This document shows positions 19,621 to 27,784 of a stretch of DNA of 64,000 bases, piece by piece (the first letter of the stretch is position 1; the number at the start of each line of letters is the position of its first letter). The DNA lies in the IMG/VR virus record IMGVR_UViG_3300027763_000026; one strand, 5' to 3'. The notes beneath the pieces were generated by a model, which ran no database searches, had not been told where the DNA came from, and saw only the letters and a program-made list of their open reading frames with translations. Source of the stretch: a virus. The position numbers and the translations under genes were made by a program.

Positions 19621-19905
19621 ACTTCCCAATGAGCTCTTCAAAGCGGAGCTTTCCCTGTGCTTTGCGCAGGGTTGGTGAAAGCCTATTAGTTCTACTTCCC
19701 AATTGAGTCTGTAAACCTTTCGGTCCCTAACACTTATCGGATGTCGGTAGGATCATCCATCGCGTGTTAGCCCTTACACCTACACTCCCACTATTGCTAG
19801 TGGTTTCTGGGTCGCAAGCTCCTAAGCGTTGCCCACGTTTCGAACTAATGAGACTTATCGTTTAACGGAGTACGACAAACCTTATCCGCTAATTGGGCGG
19901 TATGT
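19621..19905. ncRNA. Unidentified GC-rich, highly structured RNA-like element (candidate ncRNA or nrdAB leader)
   Basis: 30/60 GC in line 19801 versus 10/60 in line 19561; at least 8 stems; no credible ORF; consensus promoter at 19912-19940 on the minus strand. Confidence 0.7.
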
Positions 19906-19911
19906 ATTTAT

Positions 19912-19940
19912 ATAGTATTATACATATTTACATTTGTCAA
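19912..19940 (-). promoter_or_regulatory. Sigma-70 promoter driving the structured RNA
   Basis: TTGACA-17-TACTAT; predicted +1 near 19905 is not a start codon. Confidence 0.7.
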
Positions 19941-19969
19941 ATAAATTTAATTTAATTATAATGTAAATA

Positions 19970-20713
19970 ATGAAAAAAGTTTCCTATTGTACAGTATGCT
20001 ATGGTAGATTATGGCAATTAGCGTTTACATTAAAATCTAATTTAGATAACCTTAAAGAAGACGAAGAGCTTGTTCTGGTAGACTATAATAGTCCAGATGA
20101 TACTATGATTTTTGTTTTAGGCACAAAAACTTTTAAAAAATATATAGAGGAAGAAAAATTAAAATTTATAAAAGTCTTAGATGTAAAAGAGTATAATTGT
20201 CCAAAATCTAAAAATATAGCTCATAGGTTAGGCTCTGGAGAAATTTTAGTAAATTTAGATGTGGATAATTTTTTATTAGGAATGCGGGAAGAAATCGATA
20301 AAGCTTTTAATAAAAATAAAAATAGTTTACTTCATATGTATTTTGAACCACAAGGAGGGTCTTTTGGCAGGATAGCTTTGACAAAAAGTAATTTTTATAA
20401 ATTGGGCGGTTACGATGAAGATCTATTGGAACATTCACATCAGGATACAGACTTAATCAATAGAGCAAAGGCATTGGGCATGACCTATGGCCTTCGTCCT
20501 TTAGAATCTGAAGTTATAGCTAATAACCTTTATGCGAAAAATAGATACTTAAGAGAGGACTGGTTTAGCATGCAACAAAAAAATAGAAAAATTAGTCAAG
20601 AAAATATTATGAATGGAAAATTTGTAGCTAATAAGAGTAAAGGTTGGGGAGAGTGTAAAATCATAGAGAACTACGATAAGGATATTATAAATTTAAAAGC
20701 TATACGCCCATAA
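19970..20713 (+). CDS. GT-A glycosyltransferase (GT2/GT7-like)
   Basis: LVDYNSPD, NLDVD, GGYDEDL...QDTDL. Confidence 0.75.
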   Translation: MKKVSYCTVCYGRLWQLAFTLKSNLDNLKEDEELVLVDYNSPDDTMIFVLGTKTFKKYIEEEKLKFIKVLDVKEYNCPKSKNIAHRLGSGEILVNLDVDNFLLGMREEIDKAFNKNKNSLLHMYFEPQGGSFGRIALTKSNFYKLGGYDEDLLEHSHQDTDLINRAKALGMTYGLRPLESEVIANNLYAKNRYLREDWFSMQQKNRKISQENIMNGKFVANKSKGWGECKIIENYDKDIINLKAIRP

Positions 20714-20734
20714 AACTAGTGTAATCAATATATC

Positions 20735-21598
20735 ATGGAAATTGATTTTAGCAACGATATTCAAGCAGCTAAAAAAGGCAAAGCACCACTTAATAAACCA
20801 TTTCGTCTTCCTTCTGGGAGCAAAAAGAAATTTGGTGTTTATGTCAAAAACGATAAAGGTAATATTGTTAAGGTTACTTTCGGCGATCCAAATATGTCTA
20901 TCAAAAGAGATAATCCCGAAAGACGCAAAGCTTACAGAGCAAGACACGGTTGCGATAATCCTGGTCCAAAGTACAAAGCCAATTATTGGAGTTGCAAAAT
21001 GTGGAGCGCAAAACCAGTTAGTAAAATCGCTGGGAGTTGCGGAAAGCCTAACTGCGGTTCAGTTCAAAATGAAGAAGAAGTCACTTTGGAAATAGATGTT
21101 CAAGCTAAGAATAAAGGTCTTTGGTACAACATCCAACAAAAGAAAAAAAGAATGGGTAAAAATTATCGTCCAGCAAAACCAGGGTCGAAAGATCGACCAA
21201 CCCAAGAAGCTCTTAAAAAAGCACAAGGCTCTGATTATGAAAATGAGAATTATGAATGGGATGGAGAAACAGAATTTGATCAAAATGAATTTTTAAAATT
21301 AGATCCGACACTTGCTCAAGTAGCAGAACTCCCAGATGATCCAGAAGAAATGAAATATCATACGGAAGATACAGCTGATATGGCTCTTGCTCAATTTGAA
21401 GTCATAAGAGATTCTGCGATTGAAATTATTGAAATGTTAAAAAATAATCCAGAAGCAGCATTAGAAATAACAGAAGGATGGGTGACGAATAAAATAGCTT
21501 TAATTGAAGATTATATTGTAACAGTAAAAGATTATATTAAATATCCTTTAGAGGAAATGCAAGCTAAACAAATTGAAGGTGAAAAAAACATTAAGTAA
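20735..21598 (+). CDS. Multi-domain basic/acidic phage protein, possible head-internal polyprotein
   Basis: KVTFGDPNMSIKRDNPERRKAYRARHGC...YWSCKMW domain and GLWYNIQQKKKR domain; repeated xQA junctions; AGTGTAA upstream. Confidence 0.6.
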   Translation: MEIDFSNDIQAAKKGKAPLNKPFRLPSGSKKKFGVYVKNDKGNIVKVTFGDPNMSIKRDNPERRKAYRARHGCDNPGPKYKANYWSCKMWSAKPVSKIAGSCGKPNCGSVQNEEEVTLEIDVQAKNKGLWYNIQQKKKRMGKNYRPAKPGSKDRPTQEALKKAQGSDYENENYEWDGETEFDQNEFLKLDPTLAQVAELPDDPEEMKYHTEDTADMALAQFEVIRDSAIEIIEMLKNNPEAALEITEGWVTNKIALIEDYIVTVKDYIKYPLEEMQAKQIEGEKNIK

Positions 21599-22109
21599 AC
21601 TCTGGAACTGGAAAACAAAAACATTACTTGTTGGGGTTGGATTAATCGTATCTTGGGTCGCTTGTTTTAAAATTGGTTTTGAACTTAAAAAATACAATAA
21701 CATAACTAACCTTCCAAACTCTTGTTTTGTTGATGCTATGATTTATGCTTCTCAATGTAATCTCTTATTAGAAACAAACAATGATATATGGAACAATGTT
21801 TATGGTTTTACATTTTACTACAAAGACGACATAGATAATATAATTGGTCATGCAGTTTGTGTTTTTGAGTATAAGAATAACTTATGGATCTATGATCCAA
21901 ACTGGGGAACATCACCAATATGTCAAATTGGAAATAAAAAAGAATATAGGGAAAAAATAAAGTTGTACATCAATAAAACTTATCCTATAATAGTAGTAGA
22001 GGATTTTATGTTAAATGATTGGACATACGTCCAAAAAATAAAGAAAAATAAAATGAACAAAATCTATAAAGAGGTGTCTATACATTTAGATGAAAACAAG
22101 AAGGAGTAA
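21573..22109 (+). CDS. Membrane-anchored papain/transglutaminase-like Cys-His-Asp protein
   Basis: TM segment, then NSCFVD...GHAVCVF...WIYDPN. Confidence 0.6.
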   Translation: MKVKKTLSKLWNWKTKTLLVGVGLIVSWVACFKIGFELKKYNNITNLPNSCFVDAMIYASQCNLLLETNNDIWNNVYGFTFYYKDDIDNIIGHAVCVFEYKNNLWIYDPNWGTSPICQIGNKKEYREKIKLYINKTYPIIVVEDFMLNDWTYVQKIKKNKMNKIYKEVSIHLDENKKE

Positions 22110-22118
22110 ACTAATAAT

Positions 22119-22850
22119 ATGAAAATAAACCTACTAAAAGGGTTACTAATAAGCACAGCCGCAAAATTAATTGCGGCTTTTTTAATGCTCAGTAGCGGTC
22201 AGTCAAAAGCTGCATTGACCGTAATCAATGGTGACTTTAGCGATCTGACAGGCCTAACTTATGTGGGTGACGTCTGGTATTCTGGCGTTCCCACTGGCTG
22301 GAACACTGACTTTCCAAACACAATTTACACAGTCAAGTATACTGGTATCACTAATGGCACTTATGATTACGTTGCTAATATTTCTCAGCTCACCTCTACA
22401 TCTCCTAATTTTTATGCTCTTTATCAAAGCGTAGGAACTACAGATTATACAGGTGATGTTACTGTAAAATTTGATTTAACAAATATTAATGGTGGTGGAT
22501 ATGATGTTGGTGTTGCAATCTTTCAAGGTCCCAATTTTAACACTCTACTTGCGAATCGTAGCATTCAGGATGTGTTCCCAGATGCTAACGGTGTTCCTCA
22601 AAACGGTGTTGGAACCTTTGAGCTCACAGCATTGAATGTCGCATCTGGAAGCTTACTTCAGATCGCTTTTTGGACAACTGGAGGCACTCCAGGCTTGGAC
22701 AATGTCTCGATAATCCCTGAACCCACAACATTAGATTTAATCTCACTACCAGTAACAGCAGGTGCTTACATGGTGGATATGATCTCAAAGAATATCTACA
22801 CATGTGGAATAAACCCTAGAAAATTTAATGCTCTAACCATTGTGTACTAA
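22119..22850 (+). CDS. PEP-CTERM-like exported protein with degenerate anchor
   Basis: Signal peptide ending SKA-A; GLDNVSIIPEPTTL. Confidence 0.75.
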   Translation: MKINLLKGLLISTAAKLIAAFLMLSSGQSKAALTVINGDFSDLTGLTYVGDVWYSGVPTGWNTDFPNTIYTVKYTGITNGTYDYVANISQLTSTSPNFYALYQSVGTTDYTGDVTVKFDLTNINGGGYDVGVAIFQGPNFNTLLANRSIQDVFPDANGVPQNGVGTFELTALNVASGSLLQIAFWTTGGTPGLDNVSIIPEPTTLDLISLPVTAGAYMVDMISKNIYTCGINPRKFNALTIVY

Positions 22851-22923
22851 TTTATGAACAAACCAACAAACATAATAAAGAAGGCATTGAGCTTGATTGC
22901 CGCTGCTTTCATGACAACCGCAG
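22710..22923 (+). repeat. Degenerate direct repeat, copy A (PEP tail + intergenic + signal peptide); copy B is 23571-23783
   Basis: Shared blocks acaacattagattt, caaagaatat, taaaccctaNaaaattt, aaccaacaaacataat, attgccgctgctttcat. Confidence 0.85.
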
Positions 22924-23705
22924 GTAATCTGTATAGTGTATCATATTTGTATCAAGATGACTTTAGCGTCAATGCTGGGGCATTGAACGGGCGCGCTACT
23001 GCTGCAGGGTTCGGCAATTGGACCAACGCTGATGGCGCGTTCCAAGTCGGAAGCGATATGATTACTATCAACTCAAACACTCCTGTTGATTACCACTCAG
23101 CGTCGTTCTCGCTTCCCACACTGGGAGTCACCGACATTCTCTCGCTCAGTATTACAGTTCGCCCCTCTGGACCACTCTTCACAGGAATTGGTTTTAATCC
23201 GAACCCTGCCGCATACCTAACCCAGTCTGGATATGCTTGGGTTTATTACGAAGGATTGGGCGCAGCTAATCCGAACATTCAGATTTTTCAAGGTCCAAGT
23301 ACCGCAGGAGCGGTTTACGCAGCACCACTGACCCACCCGACTCTTAATTTTGACCCATCTCTCGCGACAACATTTGAATTTACTTACTCTGCTTCCGCCA
23401 AAACGCTCTCGCTACTGGCATCGAATGGGAGCAACTCGTCCACTCTCCTGAACCAACTCAATGTGAGCACAATGCCGCTGGAAGCTTTCAGTAATTTTTC
23501 CTTGCAGTTCCAAGGTCAGACTCTAGATACAGACTTCTATCCCGCTCATGTTGATCAATTGAGTGTTTCTATTATTCCTGAACCTACAACATTAGATTTG
23601 ATCTCTTTACCAGTAAAAGCGTGTTTTTACATAGCATGTAAAAGTGAGTCTCTACAAAGTAGACATTATCGCAAAGAATATTTAAGCAAATGGATTAAAC
23701 CCTAA
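22854..23705 (+). CDS. PEP-CTERM-like exported protein with GC-rich central domain and degenerate anchor
   Basis: Signal MNKPTNIIKKALSLIAAAF; YQDDFS...; VDQLSVSIIPEPTTL. Confidence 0.75.
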   Translation: MNKPTNIIKKALSLIAAAFMTTAGNLYSVSYLYQDDFSVNAGALNGRATAAGFGNWTNADGAFQVGSDMITINSNTPVDYHSASFSLPTLGVTDILSLSITVRPSGPLFTGIGFNPNPAAYLTQSGYAWVYYEGLGAANPNIQIFQGPSTAGAVYAAPLTHPTLNFDPSLATTFEFTYSASAKTLSLLASNGSNSSTLLNQLNVSTMPLEAFSNFSLQFQGQTLDTDFYPAHVDQLSVSIIPEPTTLDLISLPVKACFYIACKSESLQSRHYRKEYLSKWIKP

Positions 23706-23783
23706 AAAATTTTATGAAAAAACCAACAAACATAATCAAGAAAGCTCTGAGCTTCATTGCCGCTGCTTTCATCGCAACCGCAG
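23571..23783 (+). repeat. Degenerate direct repeat, copy B
   Basis: Aligns by eye with 22710-22923 (213 vs 214 bp). Confidence 0.85.
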
Positions 23784-25732
23784 CCTCAGATGCCCAAGCA
23801 GTAGTGTTCTTATGGAACAACACTGGTACCAATTGGACATCACCTGCCAGTTGGACCAATGGAGTGCAACCTGCATCCACTAGTTCCAGCGCCACCACAG
23901 ATGAAATTACATTTGGTAATTTTGGAGCAAGTAACAATACTGTTGTATTAACCTCTACAAGATCAGCAAAAAACATAACATTCCTAACAAACGCAAACCC
24001 ATATTTAATCAATAGTTTTAATGGCGTTCAAACACTATCATCTAGTGGAGGAATTACAAATAATTCTACTGCTACTCAAACATTTAATATATTAATAGAA
24101 AATGCTAACGCTAATAACACTTGGTTTCAAACAGCAGGAGGTTCATTAATATTTAATAATATAGCTTCGCTAACCACCGCTTCATCTGCTACATCTAGAA
24201 CTCTAACTTTAGCAGGAGATGGTGCATTCACATTTAATAATGAATTAAAACAAGGTGGCACATCTACTGCTGGTAAAGTTATATATACTGGAGGTGGAAG
24301 TGTTACATTTAATGGAACCAATACTTTAGGAGGTGGTTTTGATATTACAGGAGGCGGTACTGTTAATGTTAATGGCGGTACTGGATTAGGTACAGGTTTA
24401 ATAACACTTGGAGGAGCAAGCGGTACAACTAATGCGCCAAAACTTATAGTTAATACAGCCAATGGGTTATCTGTCGCCAATAGTTTAAAAGGATCAACAA
24501 GTCTTTCTACCATGGGAACATTAGATCTAGCAGGATCTAATTCTGCTGCGGTTACCACTTATGTTATGAATCAATATCAAGGTAACAATATGAATTTTAC
24601 CAATCATGGTGGATACAAGACATTGCTACAGTTTACTAATTCTGCTAGTACATTGACTGCATCTACAGGTTCTAGTGGTGGTAGAAGATTGTTTAACAAT
24701 AGTACTAATTTAATTGTACAGTTTGATGGTTCATTAGATATTGGCGGAACAGTTGCAGATAATAGTCTTGTTGGCGGTGTGGGCGATTTCCTTTTTAAAG
24801 GATCTTTACTCAATACAGGAAGTGCACTCAGAGGTTTAACAAAGTCAGGAACTGGAACAGTAACTTTACAAGCAGTTAATTCATACAATGGAGACACTAC
24901 GATACAAGATGGTATATTTGTTGTTGATACTGCTGGTTCTATTGCTTCTAGCGCTGCTATAGTAACAGGAGGTACTTTGCAAGTTAAAGGTATCGCTGGA
25001 GGAGTCAATGTTAATAGTGGAAGATTACTTGTAGATACTGGTGGTAGAGTTGGAACTACAACAGTAGGAGGTGGTACTCTATTAGTTTCTGGTACAGCAG
25101 GAACTACCACAGTAAACTCTGGAACTGCTACAGTAAATGTAGGTGGAACAGTTGGAAGCACAACAATCAATGGAAGTTTGCTATCAGTAAATGGAAACGC
25201 AGGAGATGTTTTAGTAAATACAGGAGGTACATTAGGTGGCTCTGGTAGTGTGCAAGGTTTGACTTTAAATGGTGGTACTGTGGCCCCTGGCAATAGTCCT
25301 GGTCTGCTAACTGCTTATGAGTTAAACGGAAGCAATGGAAGATTCCAATTCCAATTAGGCGCACCAACTACCAGAGGTACTACCTATGATGCTATTAATG
25401 TAAGCACTTTACTAACTTTAGGAGCTAGTACATCATGGACATTTGAAACATTAGATAATTACTCATTTCAAATGAATGATAGTTACGATTTATTTAATTT
25501 TGCGTCAATCGAAGCATCTGCATTTGATGTAAATACATTACTAGCAGCATTACCTAATTTAGATACTGCTAATTCAAATTTGAAATGGGACGCTAATAGT
25601 TTTACCACAGATGGAGTAGTAAATGTTATTCCAGAACCTTCTACATTATCACTTCTATTAGGTGGTGCTAGTGTTTTAATAGGTCTTAGAATTGTGAGGA
25701 GAAACAAATGCAAACTCCCAACACGCTTTTAA
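23714..25732 (+). CDS. PEP-CTERM protein with autotransporter-associated beta-strand repeats
   Basis: Signal peptide; WNNTGTNWTSPASW; GLTKSGTGTVTL..NSYNGDTTI; VAPGNSPG; VIPEPST-TM-RIVRR. Confidence 0.9.
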   Translation: MKKPTNIIKKALSFIAAAFIATAASDAQAVVFLWNNTGTNWTSPASWTNGVQPASTSSSATTDEITFGNFGASNNTVVLTSTRSAKNITFLTNANPYLINSFNGVQTLSSSGGITNNSTATQTFNILIENANANNTWFQTAGGSLIFNNIASLTTASSATSRTLTLAGDGAFTFNNELKQGGTSTAGKVIYTGGGSVTFNGTNTLGGGFDITGGGTVNVNGGTGLGTGLITLGGASGTTNAPKLIVNTANGLSVANSLKGSTSLSTMGTLDLAGSNSAAVTTYVMNQYQGNNMNFTNHGGYKTLLQFTNSASTLTASTGSSGGRRLFNNSTNLIVQFDGSLDIGGTVADNSLVGGVGDFLFKGSLLNTGSALRGLTKSGTGTVTLQAVNSYNGDTTIQDGIFVVDTAGSIASSAAIVTGGTLQVKGIAGGVNVNSGRLLVDTGGRVGTTTVGGGTLLVSGTAGTTTVNSGTATVNVGGTVGSTTINGSLLSVNGNAGDVLVNTGGTLGGSGSVQGLTLNGGTVAPGNSPGLLTAYELNGSNGRFQFQLGAPTTRGTTYDAINVSTLLTLGASTSWTFETLDNYSFQMNDSYDLFNFASIEASAFDVNTLLAALPNLDTANSNLKWDANSFTTDGVVNVIPEPSTLSLLLGGASVLIGLRIVRRNKCKLPTRF

Positions 25733-26367
25733 AACATCCAAGACTATTAAAAATTTTTGGTTTTACATTAGTTGAAATGGCAGTTGTAATAGTTATAATG
25801 GCATTTGTAATGAGCTTATCGTTCTCTGCTTTTGGCGCAGTCAAACGTAAATCATCTCAAGCTGCTTGTGCTTCAAACATGAAACAAGTTGGTACAAGTA
25901 TTTTGTTATTTGCAGCAGAAAATGATGGCTGGTTGCCTCCAGGTCCAGATGGTCAAACAATTAATACATTCATTAGCGATAGTAGATTTGGTGGCACAAC
26001 TCAAAATGTGGTGGATAAATCTAACATAGAATATTATCTCACTAATTATATTCCTGTTACATATACAGGTAAAAAAAAGAAAGCAAATACTGTGTTTAGT
26101 TGTCCTGCACACAACGAACAACATCCTACCATTTGGAAAAGAGGATCTTGTTTTGGAGGAGCAGGTGGCGATTATGGCATAGAAAATTCTAAAAAAATAT
26201 TAGCATTGGATACAAATGATTATTTCTTAGTTGATTTTACCAAAGCTTTTACTAATCATTCTAGTGGCGCTTTAGATAAAACAATTAAAAATCCACATGG
26301 AAGCACAAGAAATCTGTTAAGAACAGATGGTAGTGTAATATTAGAATCTGACACAAAAGCCAGATAG
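25708..26367 (+). CDS. Prepilin-type N-terminal cleavage/methylation protein with H-X9-DG motif (PVC type)
   Basis: GFTLVEM, CASNMKQVG...LP, HGSTRNLLRTDG. Confidence 0.88.
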   Translation: MQTPNTLLKHPRLLKIFGFTLVEMAVVIVIMAFVMSLSFSAFGAVKRKSSQAACASNMKQVGTSILLFAAENDGWLPPGPDGQTINTFISDSRFGGTTQNVVDKSNIEYYLTNYIPVTYTGKKKKANTVFSCPAHNEQHPTIWKRGSCFGGAGGDYGIENSKKILALDTNDYFLVDFTKAFTNHSSGALDKTIKNPHGSTRNLLRTDGSVILESDTKAR

Positions 26368-26376
26368 AATAAAGCA

Positions 26377-26643
26377 ATGGATAATCACATGAGAAACTTA
26401 TTATTAAGTAATTATGAAAAAAGTCTTCCCTCAAAAAGAGATACAGAAGCCTTCATAAGTAATTTCCATCAATATAGGGCTAAGAAGAAAGCCCAAGAAA
26501 AAACTCATTATGCTTTAATTTTTGCTTGTGTTCTTATATTAAGTATGATAGGATCAATAATAGCTAAACAAACTAAAAACAATTTAGATATACAAACAGC
26601 AAGTGGAACAGAAAAATGCAATACACAAGTCATGGAAAAGTAG
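26377..26643 (+). CDS. Single-TM hypothetical protein
   Basis: ORF track; TM YALIFACVLILSMIGSII. Confidence 0.55.
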   Translation: MDNHMRNLLLSNYEKSLPSKRDTEAFISNFHQYRAKKKAQEKTHYALIFACVLILSMIGSIIAKQTKNNLDIQTASGTEKCNTQVMEK

Positions 26644-26834
26644 TAGTCTTTGAAGGAAACGTTGGTGAAGTTTCTACTTGGATCAAAAAACATGTTGGAG
26701 ATCACGACACAGTTAGTTTAAAGGATTACTTTAAAGATGAAGTTTTTGGAGTTCATAAAGTTGGAGAAGAGAAGTATAGATACTATTATCAATGCTTAGG
26801 AAAAGGTAGATATTCTATTTTTACAATGCAATGA
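26616..26834 (+). CDS. Hypothetical protein
   Basis: ORF track; overlaps neighbours operon-style. Confidence 0.45.
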   Translation: MQYTSHGKVVVFEGNVGEVSTWIKKHVGDHDTVSLKDYFKDEVFGVHKVGEEKYRYYYQCLGKGRYSIFTMQ

Positions 26835-27157
26835 ATAAGATACCTTTTATCGTGGGCATTTGTATTGCAATTAGTATTTTTTATACAGTTTATAGTCCTC
26901 ATCCGTTTTTAGTAAAACAACAAATAGATAATTATGGCATGGATTTTGAATATGTAACAGATGAAGGTTCTTGCTTTACCCAGAGCGCAGAACCTATTGG
27001 CCATGATAGCCATAAATATATTTTAAGTCTAGGCAAACCTGCAAAGCCTACAAATTCAGAAGAACCTTTGTATGTGATGATAGGTTATACCATGAAACAA
27101 GTACGTTTAAAAAATAAATCCAATGTTTTCCAAACCCCAATATATAAAACCTTATGA
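26831..27157 (+). CDS. Membrane-anchored hypothetical protein
   Basis: N-terminal TM/signal; ATGA coupling. Confidence 0.55.
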   Translation: MNKIPFIVGICIAISIFYTVYSPHPFLVKQQIDNYGMDFEYVTDEGSCFTQSAEPIGHDSHKYILSLGKPAKPTNSEEPLYVMIGYTMKQVRLKNKSNVFQTPIYKTL

Positions 27158-27486
27158 AAAAAACAATAATACTATTAGCGGCGTTTCTATTAACAACCTA
27201 TTCTTATACAGAAGACCAAATAAGAATTAAAATAACTAAAAATGAAAAAGGTGAAATGATGCTTAATGTATCAGGTCATAAAAGCCCAGTAGCTCTAGAA
27301 GTTAATGGAATATCCAGACAAGTAGAAGTTAATGAAAGTGATGTTAACATGGAAAAAGAATTTCAATTCTCTACTTTTAGTTCTCCAGACACAGCTTCTG
27401 GAGCTTCGTCTACTCCAACCGATTCTCAATATAAAGTGCCTCCAGTATTATCAAACGGAGTTCCGTATCAAGCAACTCCAATTTAA
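27154..27486 (+). CDS. Secreted hypothetical protein
   Basis: Signal peptide MKKTIILLAAFLLTTYSYT. Confidence 0.6.
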   Translation: MKKTIILLAAFLLTTYSYTEDQIRIKITKNEKGEMMLNVSGHKSPVALEVNGISRQVEVNESDVNMEKEFQFSTFSSPDTASGASSTPTDSQYKVPPVLSNGVPYQATPI

Positions 27487-27504
27487 TCTTGTGTAAGCCT
27501 ATGT

Positions 27505-27771
27505 ATGCTACTTAAAATCAAAAATTGGTGGGCTAATTTAAAATCCTATGATAAGTTCTTTTTTATCTCATTTGTACCAGCGATGCTTTTCACACTTTGG
27601 GGGCTAAGTGATCTTTACATTAATTACTTTGATTTATTAAGTAAGGAAGATCACCTTCAATTCTTTCTTAGAGTATTCTTTCCAGTATCATTAGCTACTT
27701 TCATTACGGTTCTAGAACATAATAAGAGAAAAAAGTTAATTAAAGATATCAAAACCTATTTAAATAACTAG
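27505..27771 (+). CDS. Two-TM hypothetical membrane protein
   Basis: Two hydrophobic helices and a basic tail; TGTGTAA 8 nt upstream. Confidence 0.55.
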   Translation: MLLKIKNWWANLKSYDKFFFISFVPAMLFTLWGLSDLYINYFDLLSKEDHLQFFLRVFFPVSLATFITVLEHNKRKKLIKDIKTYLNN

Positions 27772-27776
27772 TGTAA
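27770..27776 (+). promoter_or_regulatory. WGTGTAA motif (representative copy), putative late promoter
   Basis: AGTGTAA 8 nt before ATG 27785; the same motif recurs 8-12 nt before at least 7 other starts. Confidence 0.6.
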
Positions 27777-27784
27777 TATAATTT

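Noticed and set aside
19621-19905. RNase P RNA, cobalamin riboswitch, 6S RNA or intact group I intron
   Set aside because: No GAGGAAAGUCC/ACAGAA..GGCUUA pair with a bulged-U P4. GGGAAG and CCACU occur but not in B12-element order. The element is not a single rod. Group-I-like fragments lack a downstream S element and no interrupted gene flanks them.
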